DNA of 64,000 nucleotides from Auanema rhodensis (Eukaryota; Animalia; Nematoda), in NCBI GenBank assembly GCA_964057225.1, contig OZ059899.1, positions 14,012,001 through 14,076,000 on the forward strand. Reading direction: 5' to 3'. The notes under the pieces are model-generated. The model did no database searches. It worked only from the letters and a program-made list of their open reading frames with translations, and was not told where the DNA came from. Of the stretch, positions 1 through 13,019 are shown piece by piece. Numbering within the stretch: the first letter of the stretch is position 1; each line of letters starts with the position of its first letter. A program made the translations under genes and the position numbers.

Positions 1-1909
1 GAGAAGAAGGAGAAGGAGGAGGAGGGATAGGCAGAAGCCGCGAATGGACGAATAATGCGTAGTACAAATGGAAATTAGCAGAAGGAAAAAAGTAAATCAA
101 AAAATGAAATTTTTATTTTTGAAAATTTGAATCAAAAAATAAAAAATTTGATCTGAAGTTGATGAGGTTAATGAGGAAATTATCTTAAATGAGTTTGAAA
201 AAATAATTAACAATAAAGATATATGGAAGCATCTAAACAGGGATTATCCAGATGATATGAATGACGACGACAGAATTCTGAAGGCTGAAACAACGCCCTG
301 CAACACCCCCAATCCCCTTTCTCCCGTCCTTTTTCGTACCAAGCCAAAAGACAATAAGACTTGAGTGGCTATGTGATGGTGAAAGCTGCTCGAAGAAAAG
401 CATATGAGAAAAGCTACTGGAACACGGAAAGCAAAAGCAACGATGATGAGAACGAAAATCAGAAGAATATCGTGAGGTACACATGTAGTCGTCCACGATT
501 TCTCTGGGGGCTTAATGCGAATATTTCGGAAGATCTTTGAAAATCTACGACAAAACGAACGAAGGAACGAACGAGGCAAAAGAAGAAATTTTGGCAAATA
601 GAAAAGAAATATGAAAGTAGGTAATACGAATGAAGAAGATGATGATGTCAGAAGATTCTTGTATATACATATATGGAAGAATATACGCAAATTGGAAGAA
701 AAAGCATAGAGCAGATCTTTGGTTAGAAAGAAAGATTGAAAGTAACCAAAAATGATTCAGCAATTTAAGGCTTATAATCGAATTGAAAAATAGATTGGTT
801 GGTGTGAAGTTCTAAAAGACCATAAAATACAGATGTATCATCTTATATTTTTTTTATTAAAAAATATTCAAATAGCTTTGTATTTGGTATAATATAATAT
901 TATTTTTTGGAATTTGAATAAAAGAGAGAAAATTATTTGAAGCATAAGAATTGACATGAAATTATTAAAAATGAAATTAATTCTATATATGTTACATGTG
1001 ACTTAAGCTGTTTAAGTTATAAGAATTCATTTAATATGAAAGATGCTTCAATATGCTTTAAGTTTAAATGACCAAGTTGTTCACCTACATGTGCATATGC
1101 ACAGGCGTGAAGATAAGGCCAAGCTGAAGCTGAGGTTTTGACGCCGAGTAGGAAGATGAAGACACTGAACAAGATGATGAAGCTTTAAGATATTTAACTT
1201 AAGTATATTATAAGTAATTCAACAGATTCATATATTAGTTAAGTGGCTTTTAAAATATGAATTGAATTGTGTTATATATGCATAAACGGCTAACGATACT
1301 GGCAGAATATGCCTTTTTCGGATTTTTTCTTTGCTCAATCCTTTTTTCAAGTCATTACTTATTATTAATATCATCATAAGAGCATGAGCAGAAGCATCGT
1401 TGACGTGGAGGTGGCCAGACGACAAAGATGTTCCGTGTTCTTCAGAATTCATGTAACCCATGCAAGTTAACGAATGTAAGATGTTTACGTCATTCTTGTC
1501 ATCTGAAGTAAGTTGAAGAAGTGAATGAAGTTGTTCACTTTGTCTCACAACTACTGAAAGTTTAATGATGACGGAATTAATGTGAATGTAAGACTTTCTT
1601 CTTCTCCTTCTTATTCTGCTCCTTCGTCGTCTTCTTCTGCTTTTTTTCAACTTCAACAATATCTTCAACATCATCTTCATCTTCATCTTCTTAGTCTCTT
1701 TCTGTGGTTTTTTTCCTTTCAAACTGATTCAAATGATAGTAGAAGGTCAATTGAAAGAGATAATGAAATTGAGAATGGAAGACTTTCTAAGATAATCAGA
1801 TTGTCAACTGGTGGGTAGGCAACAAATGAAAATGTGCGATACAACAAGATAGTTTAGAGATAACAAAATTCCAGAGAATTAGAAAGACAATGAGAACTAG
1901 AGATATCGA

Positions 1910-1917
<8 letters not shown>

Positions 1918-1985
<68 letters not shown>
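1918..1985. repeat. (GA)n microsatellite
   Basis: More than 30 GA units; representative of dozens of GA/CT tracts in the window. Confidence 0.95.
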
Positions 1986-1989
<4 letters not shown>

Positions 1990-3065
1990 TTATTTATATA
2001 ATAAATTTTCAACAATAATAATAATACCTAAGGATAGTTGAGACCATTATCATTAGTCACAAAAAACATAAAGATGTGCTTTTTGAGTCTTTTGAAGAAG
2101 CTTAGTGAGATGAGATTTGCTTAATGCCTAGTGCTTGTCAGCATGTTGATGTGGGTGAATGCAAAACTCTGTTGTTCAACAGTTCTTCTTTAAGAAGTTT
2201 CAAAAACAAAAAAAAAGGAGAAAGAAAGGCTGGAAGAAAGCTAGTACTATGCTACAAGCTGTACGATGATGTAAATGAGAAAACGACGACAATGTTGGAG
2301 TTTCAGTACAAAGCAATATGTGCTGAAAGTAGATGGGATTGTACTAATCATAATAAGTTAGTAAATAGTCCTTAAACTTTGATTTCAAAGCATAAGTTGG
2401 AAAAAGGAAAAAAACATCATTTTCTTGTTGTAAGAAAATAGAAAAAGAAAAATATTTGAAGACGATAAGTGATTCAGTAATGAGCAATATGACGACATCA
2501 GTTTGCATTCACTCACATCATCTCCTTCAATATTTTTGCAAAAGACATAGACTAAGAAGAGGATAGAAGAGGTAGTTGATAGGTTAATCTGTCAAAGCTG
2601 AGAAGGTTCAAAAGAATTTGGTGGAGTTGAAAAATAAAAAATATTTCGAAAAAAAATAAATATTATAGTTATAGATGTAGAAATCCGCATAGTTAGAGTT
2701 AAGCTAATGTATAGTTAGTTAAGTTATATGGACATCTCATTGCTTTATACATCATATAGTGAAACATACATGAACATATATGTACATTTACGTATAGTTA
2801 ACATAGTTAAGGAACAGTATTGAATTAGTTTGTTAGTTAAAAGTTTCGTAGTAGTCTCTTAATGAATCTTAATTTAACTAACTAATCATATACATATGTA
2901 TGTTGAATATAATACTTTCTACATTTTCTTTTTTGAAATATCTAATACGGTTGAGGAAAAAGGAAAAAGGTTACCTCATAACATGTTCTAATTTTACTTT
3001 TTTTCCATCTAAATTGCGTCATTACATCGTTAACATCATCGTTAACTATTATCTTACTTACTTAC

Positions 3066-3115
<50 letters not shown>

Positions 3116-3943
3116 ACTTTTTTTTCTTTTTTTGAAGAGCTTCTTACATTATTCTGATCCTCTTCATACATTCCATTTCATATTATAATCAGGTTTTAGC
3201 TATACCATTTGCAATATTCAAATTTCATTTCAAAGAATTTTCATGAACCAGCTTATTCTTGCCTTTTCTCAGTGATAAAAGCAAATTTGATAACAGACTG
3301 GATGCTTCTCATCATCATTCTAATCATCTTCATTAGCATAATTCTCGATTATCATATTCAACCTTATCAACAACTTGGCCATATTCAAGCATTTCCTGAT
3401 CAACGTGACGGTTATGTATTCTCCTTCCTATCTCAATCAACAGAATTCAATCTCGTACTTTCTTTCTATCTCTTTCTATCTACCTATCTCTCTCTCTCTC
3501 TCTCGATTACCCCTCATAGCCATCCCTAATCCACTCTCTCTATGACATCTTCACTGACTTTCCTAGCCACACCTCCACTCTTGCCCGACAAAAACCTGTC
3601 GCCAAGCTCGCGGTCGTGCGGGGTCGTCGTAGCCATCGCAGATGTCGTCGTAGTCGGAGTCGTTGCTTCATCATCGTCATCATCATCAGCATCATCTCCA
3701 TCTTCCTCATCTTTCTAATTACTGTTCCAGAGAATGTTCTTTCTATTATCTGAACATCATCTTTTTTTTTTGAAATATTGAAGAGAAAATGATGAACAAT
3801 TGAGATTTCAATTAGTATTCTCTTGAACTATATCCGATTTAACCATTTGTTCTTATTTCCATGCTCTTAATATGCTTATCATTTCGTTAAATGCTTTTAT
3901 ACCTACTTTCTATCAACTTATTTATCTATTTTTACAGAAAATC

Positions 3944-6424
3944 ATGACTCTAATCATTCTATTAGCTGCTTTGGTCACTCCATTATCAGCAGCTGTTCTC
4001 TATATGCATCCCGTTAATCCAGCTCTTCATCCTCCAGATATGTATCCAATTCAACGTGAAATGAGGTTTGACAACATTTTTTTTACAGAAAATTTGGTTT
4101 TTCTTTCAATTATCCGGTTAATACTCATGCTTATTTTCGTTTTCATCATGCTTTTAAGCAAAATTTCCTTTTTTGAATCAAATTTTGAAAACATATATAT
4201 TGGCTTTAATCCAATTATTTCAAATTTTCTTTTTATATTTATTAAATATTTAAGTAGAAAAGTTCAAAAAAGGTGTAAAAGATCGAAAATGTGATTTGAA
4301 CTGGAACATCCGAAATGCTGATGAAAATGTCTCTTTGTTCAATCTGTGTTTCATCAACTTTTCCAGCTTTCATTCTCACAAAGTATTTTCTTTTTTTTTT
4401 GTTATCAAAAATGAATATTTTAAAAATTATTATGAAAAAAAAGGAAAATCATAAAGAGAAAATCAGATATTATTGAAAGTGAATGGAAGATCACTGACTG
4501 CAAAATGGCCATATTTCAAGTCAGTTAACCTTTACCATCACTTTTCAACCTGATTATGACCCACATTAGAACAGTTTTCACTTTTTTCTTCTTTGGAAAA
4601 CTGATCACAAAAATTTTCCCCTTCGTCTTCTTTATCTTTTTGACAAAAAAAAAGACAAAAAGAGATAATAAATTGAGATCAATTGAATAAATCTTTCAAA
4701 ATATCTTCCCACATCACATCGTTCACAATGAGAAATTTGAGAAAAATAATTTAATTGAAACATTTAAAATGAAATACGACGAGTTTGCGAGATGATTTAT
4801 ATTTATTTTTAAAATAAAAATAGAAATATAATTATATTAATTATTATTTATTTTTATAATTATATGTATATAATATATAATTAATTTTATATTTAACTAT
4901 ATTCAATTATGTGTTTTAGAGATCAAAAAATTCGTGATTTACCTCAATCCGGTATTGTCTATTTGAAGAAAATCAAACCAATTTCTGATGAATTTTTACT
5001 TAGAAGTATGTTTCGACTGACATATTTATCTGTAATTTCTGCTTTTCTATTGCAGAATCTGCTGCTCGTGATGATCAGACTTTCATAAACAAAATTGAAC
5101 CTGAAACATTACGTGAGCTACCATCAACATCTGGAGAATTAAAGGTATATTGAGCTTAGATTCTTGATTTTTAAAATAACTTTTTCTATTAATTAGAGAA
5201 AATAAGAACCCTTTAGCATTCTAATATATAAATACAAATACAATAGTTAGAAGATATCCGTATATCGTATGACTGACACTTTGATTAACTACCGATATGG
5301 CAGTTCCGAAAATTTCGGGGTTTTTCCAACTTACTAGCCATCTTCTTCACTCGCTTTCTCTCGTCTACCCTCTATTTGACCATCTGAACGCCTACAATGG
5401 CACAAATGCGGAAGAATCCAACAGGATTTTGAAATATTTTTGAATTTTGCTCTTCGCCTGCCTCTCTTCCAGAGTCATAATTTATATAAAAATATTAATA
5501 ATAGATGAATAGTATAGTATAGTATAGTATAAGATTATTATTATTAACAGGAATTACATAATACTTCTGTTATGAATCAGGATTCACAAGAAAACATTGA
5601 TTATTCTGTATATGATGAGAAAGAAACATTGAGTTCGGAAGACATAACAGATAACACATCTAGCACATCCACCGCAAGCACTACCACCTCCACCACTACC
5701 GTCACCACAACCACTCCAATCACAACAACAGCATCTTCGGTAATGGCTTTGTACATCATTATCTTAATCTTCATATATGATTTATAATATTTTTTCAAAA
5801 TATTTAATAGACAATCATATTTTATGTTTTTTTTCTTTAGAAATCAATGACTAAAACAGCTCCAACTGAGGATTTATCTCAAGAAACTCTTCATCATCTT
5901 GATAATCTTTTAGCTGAACTTACTGTTGATAGTAATCCTGTAAGTTTGTTTTTCATTTTTCTTTTTCATTTCATATGTTTTATAGAAAATTTCTAAAGCT
6001 TTACTTGAACAAGATCCTGATGATTTAAAGGCTATTGGAAACTTTGAGGTAAATTATACTTATTTACATAAACAAATTAAATAAAATTATTGTAGAAACC
6101 ATCAACTGAAGATTATAAACCAAAGATAGTCACATTAACTGGAAGTGCTCATGTTCATCAAGGTAAAGCTTCAGATTCTCATAGATTCTTCAGTAATTCC
6201 AAAATATTTTCTAGGATCATTCTATAGGCCACAAGGAAGAAGCATACATAGTGGAAGTGCTAAGCTTGTAAGATTACATAACTCAAATAAGAATACTCAT
6301 GGTCTCAGGTATACATTGAACTTGTTTCAACTTTATAACTTTATAATCATATTATAGAGCTATTCCAAGACAATTAGATAATGCTGATTTTGATCCATGG
6401 GAGAGAATGGATCAAAGATTATAA
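3944..6424 (+). CDS. Uncharacterised secreted protein with a Thr/Ser-rich (mucin-like) central region; 9 coding exons
   Basis: The ATG at 3944 follows a tttacag acceptor (3931-3937). The N-terminus MTLIILLAALVTPLSAA looks like a signal peptide. Exons ~3944-4065, 4920-5005, 5056-5144, 5551-5739, 5841-5939, 5986-6048, 6096-6162, 6215-6308 and 6358-6424 join in frame through GT-AG introns, ending ...IPRQLDNADFDPWERMDQRL*. AATAAA signals follow at ~6530-6590. No family recognised. Confidence 0.8.
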
Positions 6425-7988
6425 AGAAATTAGTTGGAATATTATTATTGTTGTTTGTGTTGTTGTACTTTACCTCATCATCATCATCATAACAACAACA
6501 ACAACAACAAAAGCAGAATGAGCAACAAATAAATAAAATAATAAGACGATGAAGATATGACGTATACCTTTTAGATACATTAATAAATAAATTATTTTAT
6601 ATTATTTATTTATTGAAAAACGATTGAAATTTCAAAGAAAACAAAACAACAAACATGTTAATTCACATACATATATTTCATGAGAATTATGTGTTCAAGT
6701 TGCTTGTAAGAAGTTATAGTAAAGAACATTGTCATTATTGAAAATTCTTATTTTCTTCGAAACAAGCCGAAACTTTAAGAACTTGATGAGCATTACGTTG
6801 AAAGTATCTAAAACCTGAAAAATCTAATAACAACTTATTCTCTTATCTTGAAACTTTATCAACGTGTTTTTTTGAAATAAAAAAGAAATTCTTTCTGCAT
6901 TTGCAACAGCATTATAATGATGTTGAGCATGTTTGAGTATTTGACTTGTATATGTATAGGTATAAGTATAATATTCTATATATTCTATATATATACTATA
7001 TATACTATATATGTATAGATAATTCAAGGAAAATTTCTATTGTTTCATGAAAATATTTGATTTTTTATGTTTTTTTTCATAAAAAATATTGAAAGTTGTA
7101 TGTATTGTGTGTGTGTGTATGTATGTGAATTCATATTTTCAATACAAAATCATCATAAAACCTTATATAACTATAACAAAAAATAGTATAATTAATATAT
7201 TTTAATTATATAATATATTTTGAATATATATATTTATATATTTATATATAAAAATTATTTATATAATCGGGAAAAATAAAAAGAAAATACGATGTATGAG
7301 CATATGCATAGTACATACATACATACATCAAATCATGTTGACAAGTTGGAAAAAAGATCATTCAGATGATGAGCAAAGAAAGACAATGGAAAATAAATGT
7401 TTTTAAGTTCTTTTTGAATAATTTTAAAATTCAAAAAAATGAAATTGAAATCAATTTTCTTGTGTTATAAGTTGAACAAGCTAACGTTCTCAATAATAAG
7501 AACAATAAGAAGTATATGACAATCAAATAATTTTGAATATTACGACATAAAGACCCAAAAAAATAATAATTAACAGATCATTAATATAATAATTAAGAAA
7601 AAAAAAACAAATATTTTTGATTTATAAAGCATATATAGTAATTCCAGCCATGTTATCAGATCTTGAAAGCTATTGCTTAGAAGTGGGAAAGAAGAGAAAT
7701 ACAAGGAATTCGCACCGGGATAAAGCAGAGGCAAGATCAATCGTTGAGTGTAAAATCGTTTTTTATTTTAAATATTTGATTATATGTATATAATATATAA
7801 ATATTATTATATTAATTAAAAGATTTTGAGAATCTGTATTGTTGGTGAAATGAATGAGAATTTATGAATGAAAGGCAATGGAAAGAACATCAGAATTTGA
7901 TGCGAAATGCTGGAAAGTACAAGATGCCAGGCATTTGGAAGAAGGTTGGAAGTTGGGAATTATTAAATAAAATAAAAATAAATATCTA

Positions 7989-10100
7989 TCAAACTGGTGT
8001 ATGTTTGGAATGATCTCTTCCGGTTGTCACATAACAATTCTCAGTTATAACGGATTCACGACGAAGGAATCGTCCACAGAACAATGTTCTGAAAGATGAA
8101 AAAAAATATTTTTTCGATTCGATCAGATGAACTTACCGACAGAGTAACGTACGGAATTCTCGCATTCGAAGATAACAAAGTGGTTGAAGAAGTGAATGCA
8201 ATGAGATATAGAGATAACACACGTACTTCACATATACCGTACTCTTCTGCCGATTTGCAGCAAAATTTCTTTAAAAAAAAAGTTAAAAAATTAAAAAATT
8301 CATAAGATTAATTGAATTTAATTAAAACTTACTGTGACATATTAACTATATGAATAATTTGTATGACAGCATATGTCATTAGATAAGCTGAATAGACAAC
8401 GATGACACTGCCAATAACGACGACGTACTTATGTCTTCTGATGACGTGACGTTCTTTTGTTTCTTCGCCTACAAATGTGCGTTGGAATATGATTATCAGA
8501 TAGATGATGAGAAGAAAAGAGAAAGAGAGATAGACAGAGTGAGAGAGAGAGAAAGAGAGAGACTGAGAAAGATTCTGTAGTACCTGTCTTCAGTTGCTCA
8601 AATTCAGCATTTTGTTTCATATCAGCTTGAACTAATGAGGATATAACCCTAAAATAAAACAAATTATAAAACCATTGGTCTCAAAAGGAATAAAAAAAAA
8701 GAAAAATCTCACATACCGTAGTAAAATGAAGTAAGAACATGCTGTTATGGCGAAACAAACAGCACAAAAGACAATCAGCCCGACGTGATAAGCAAAATGT
8801 GAAGAAGTTGATGAATTAATATTAATAACACACGATGATGTACTATTTGCTGGAAAAAGCGAAAGATAATTTAAAAGCTGTTGAGCTTGAGTTGCAAGAC
8901 TCAAGCATTAATTAATACCATTAATAGTACATTCTTGATCTATCATAATGCTTTTACTCATAGTTCCAGCAACCATATTAGCTAATGTAAAGGTTGATGA
9001 GATGATCCATGTTCCAATTACAACTAGAACAACACGTCCTCTGCAAGTAGAAACAGTATAATTTTTGTATGTTTTTTGAATAAAAAAAGGCCAAAAAAGG
9101 TATAAGATTGTCAAATATGTGATATGAATTCCCTTGAGAGGGATCTAAGTTCTTTTTTCATTCTTTTTCAAACACTAAACATCACAAATTCAACGAGAAC
9201 GATGACTTATGATAAATAAAAAGCTTTTGCTTCCTGCTCTCTTTAAGCTTAAACATTTGAAAAATTGCTTTAAACTTACTTTGTAACTAGACTTGAATAT
9301 CTTAAAGGATGACATATGAATATATATTCATTTAATGTAATAGTTAGAAGATTTAATATAGTTGCAAGATTAGAAAATCTGAAAAATAAAAAGAAATTAA
9401 TGCTTGAAATAAGTTTCATTTCAAGTTGTTTTATTTGAATTCAATGATTTTTTCCGGCTAATTTAACCGATGAACATTCTATATATGTGTATGTATATAC
9501 ACGAAAATAATTGGGAAAATAAAATATTTGTTGAAGTTTGATGAGCATGATGAAGCAAGTTGTTGAATTACCTGAGCAATAAGCCACTGTATTGATCAAT
9601 ACGTATGGTCCATAATGAATTTGATGTACCCATATCCGATTTTAATAATTTTAAAGCAAAAAGAATGGAACATATACCTAAGAATAATATATAAATTATA
9701 ATAATTAATATAAATTAATTAAAGAAATACCTTTAAGTGTATCAATTAATGTAAAATTAAGAATCATTATATAGAATGTATGAGCAAATGTTGTTCGTTT
9801 TCTTGCCATTAATGTGTAAAGAAATGTTGAATTCAATAGAATAGCTAAGCTTCCCAGTACGATATAGCAAATTCCAAAACCACGTGCTGAACTTTCCCAA
9901 TCACCCCATTCATTATCACTTGAGTCTAAAGATTAAAGATGGATTGGGATGAATAGATGCAAAGATTTCATGCTGTTACTCATGCTGCTGCTCAGTTCGA
10001 GCTACTGACCTTCTAAGGAATTATCTAATCGCACGTTACCAGCTTGCTGGCTTTTAAACCATCGTAAGATGTCTTCCCGTGTAAAATTTTTATTTTCCAT
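7989..10100 (-). CDS. Orphan rhodopsin-like (class A) 7TM GPCR; about 10 coding exons
   Basis: The ATG at 10100 follows ttttcag. The spliced translation gives TM1 GFGICYIVLGSLAILLNS, TM2 FYIMILNFTLIDTLKGICSILFA, TM3/ICL2 LATILNLLTITLNEYIFICHPLRY, TM4 VVLVVIGTWIISSTF, TM5 AYHVGLIVFCAVCFAITACSYFILL, TM6 KYVVVIGSVIVVYSAYLMTY and TM7 YLYISLHSLLQPLCYLRMREFR, ending HSKHTPV*. All introns are GT-AG with consistent phases. Confidence 0.88.
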
Positions 10101-10459
10101 TTTTATCTGAAAAATAAAATGTAAGTTTGAAATAAGTTTCACAGGAAAAAGAAGGAAAATTAGACGAAATAAGCGATTACGATACATTTAAATAATAAAG
10201 AAACATATGAAGTATAACAAAGAGAGAGAGGTAAACAGATAGGGAGAGAGAGAGAGAGAGAGAGGAACAGATCTACGACCTACAAGAGAGATACGGATAG
10301 AAAGAAATATTCATAAAATCATTTTGGTCGTACATAGTTCAGGAAGTAATATGGAGAAATAAAATAAAATGGAAAAAATGATTTGGAGGAGGGGGAGGAG
10401 TGCTGAAAATAAATTTTTTTTTTCAACAGAATTTGATATTGGGAGAGAGAGAAAGAGAT

Positions 10460-10462
<3 letters not shown>

Positions 10463-10520
<58 letters not shown>
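10463..10520. repeat. (GA)n microsatellite upstream of the GPCR (CT on its sense strand)
   Basis: Pure GA run; a second run lies at ~10690-10745. Confidence 0.95.
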
Positions 10521-10523
<3 letters not shown>

Positions 10524-10686
10524 TGAAAGGGAAGGTTTTGGCTAATATTAGAGATAAACAGACTACAGCAGAAAAGGAAAAGCCACAAAGGTGGAAAAGC
10601 AGTGCACATAGAATGAAGATCATGATAATGAACGAAGGCATAGATGGCAACAGGCAGGAATGAGCAGAAATACAAGTCTGAGGTAT

Positions 10687-10748
<62 letters not shown>

Positions 10749-11176
10749 GAAAAGGGAAAGGGAAAGGAGCTATGAATTAAAAGGAAACAAGATACATGTT
10801 ATATGGATGAGAGTTTATGTTGAAGATGAACCAATGAGAAAAAGAAAAATACTAAATAAACATCAAAAGAAAACAGGAGGATATAAAAGAAAAAAAAAGC
10901 TGAAAATGTTGAAAAGTGAAAAAAAAGAATAAGAGAAGAATAAAGAGAAGGAAGAGAAGTAGATAAGAAGAATGAGGAGAGGGGGGGGGTAACGAAACGA
11001 ATAAAGAGTTCGAGTGAGAAAAAGAAAAATGTAGATCGCGGGGGAATAATGCGAAAGATATTAGTCCAAAATCTATGAGGAAAAAACAAGCAAAAAATGA
11101 AAATGAACGAGAGATCCACAAGATGATGTTTGAGATGATAAGCAAGATCATTTAAAGTTCAAATGAGAAACTTTAT

Positions 11177-11421
11177 TCAGATTTTTAGGAAAAGCATGGG
11201 ACGATAGGAAGGACAGCAATTGCTGAAGAGGGTGGAGAGTACGGACCTACATCGAAAATCATGCTCGGTTTGGGTTCCATCAGAGTGTGAATCTAAAAAT
11301 AACATGCTCTTAGTGTGAGTACGATGAAGTTGTAAACGACAACGGCGACAAAGACGACGACGCCAGTCAAGAAGATGATACATGAGAAGGATTTGTAACG
11401 TTCCGGCCGATGCCATAGCAT
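11177..11421 (-). CDS. Possible small-protein gene (reading frame ambiguous)
   Basis: An acceptor-like tttgttcag lies at 11470-11478, with two ATGs (11421, 11416) and a TGA at 11177-11179 overlapping AATAAA (11172-11177). Composition is less AT-skewed than the flanks. No homology recognised. Confidence 0.3.
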
Positions 11422-12986
11422 AAGCGATGAACCAAGCCAAAGATTGTTATCGAACTATCGAACTTTGAGCTGAACAAATTTTTTTCCCAAAAAAAAAAGA
11501 AAAAATAACGGACAATTTGGTTTTTTGTTTTGTGACTATTGAAAGGAAAAACAATAGTTGAAGGAAGGATAGATCGGAAGAGCAAGAGGTGAAGAAAGAG
11601 AAATGGAACCCGAAGGAGAGAGAGAGAGAGAGAAAAGGTGAAGCATATGAAGAAAGAGAATTCAATGTCTATGTCTATATCTGAAAACTTTACGATAGAA
11701 AACGTTTTTGAATGAACAATGTCCTAAGGTAGTAGATACGAGGATTAAAAGACAATTTTTGCTCACATGCTTTGAAGTCTGAACTATTTGTGATGAACTA
11801 AAGTGATGAAGCAAGTAAGAGAGAATAAAGGAAAGGAGAGAGAAGAGAGACACGGACGGATAGTTGTGGTGGTGAGAAGAGGAGGTGATCAACCTAATCA
11901 GCGCCACAAAAAAGCTATTCACATGGATTTTCATGAAAAAGAGGAAAAACTCGAAGATGACTTAACTCTATTTTGACATTCAAGTTTTCGTCGTAAGTCG
12001 ATGTCATCGTCAATGTTAAAGACGAAGGAGAAGAAGCAAACGAAGAAGAAGGAGAAGAAGAAGAAGAAGAAGATGAATATGGCATAAAAGAAATTTAAAA
12101 AAAGAAAATTTTCCTTCACACTTCCCTTCTGCATCATTTGGTAGTCGATTGTCAAAGAGATTAGGTTGACTAGAGAGATAAAGCTTCGCTGTTACCTCTG
12201 ACTATCCTTCTGAACACCTTGTCTTCCCTCACTTGTTGAACGTGGTTTTCGTTTCCTTTTTTTTCATTCTTTCACCTGTATAGCCTTTCTTCCTACTTCC
12301 TTCTTCCTTCTTCCTTCTTTTTTCTTCTCTCTACTACTATTTTCTCATATTCTCTACCAGAACACCTCTAAGCTACTTCTTCTACTCATATGACAACTAC
12401 TACTTTCATCTACTACTGCTCTACTGCTTCTCCTGCTACTACTACTACTACTACTAACACCAGTTCTGTTCCTTTTCAGGTCTGCTGTCACCTTTCGAAG
12501 CTGCCACTCTTTCTATAGCTCAGCAGTCATGAAGCAACAGCAACAGCTCAATAGCTAAGAAGCAGTACGCCACATTCAAACGTAATAGACAGTGATATTT
12601 GGACAAACTTATTTATTTATTTAATTAAAATATTGGTTTTGTTTTCAACCATTTAAATCTTTTTTCTTTTTCAAATTCTCAATAAGCTTCAAGGTTCATA
12701 AGGCGTGTTTGAAATACGCTTAAACTTAGGAAGGTGCCAAATAAAGCGAAGAAACGATTTCCGTAAATATTTCGTTGAAAATCATTCTTATTCTTCTAAC
12801 TATTAGATACATACATATATAGTAAAATAAATAATTATTTTTTAAATATATAAAAGACAAATGATAATATAAGCTTTACATTAAGTTCATTTGAATCAAC
12901 TTTGATGATGACGAGATTTTTAAACTTTTCATCTCTGAATATTTCATTGTATTTGGACTTTCCCGAAAGTTGAACAAGTGAAAAGT

Positions 12987-13019
<33 letters not shown>

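Noticed and set aside
5396-5425. AATGGCAC...GGAAGAAT, resembling miR-228/263
   Set aside because: The match needs a multi-base insertion and the region does not fold into a simple pre-miRNA.
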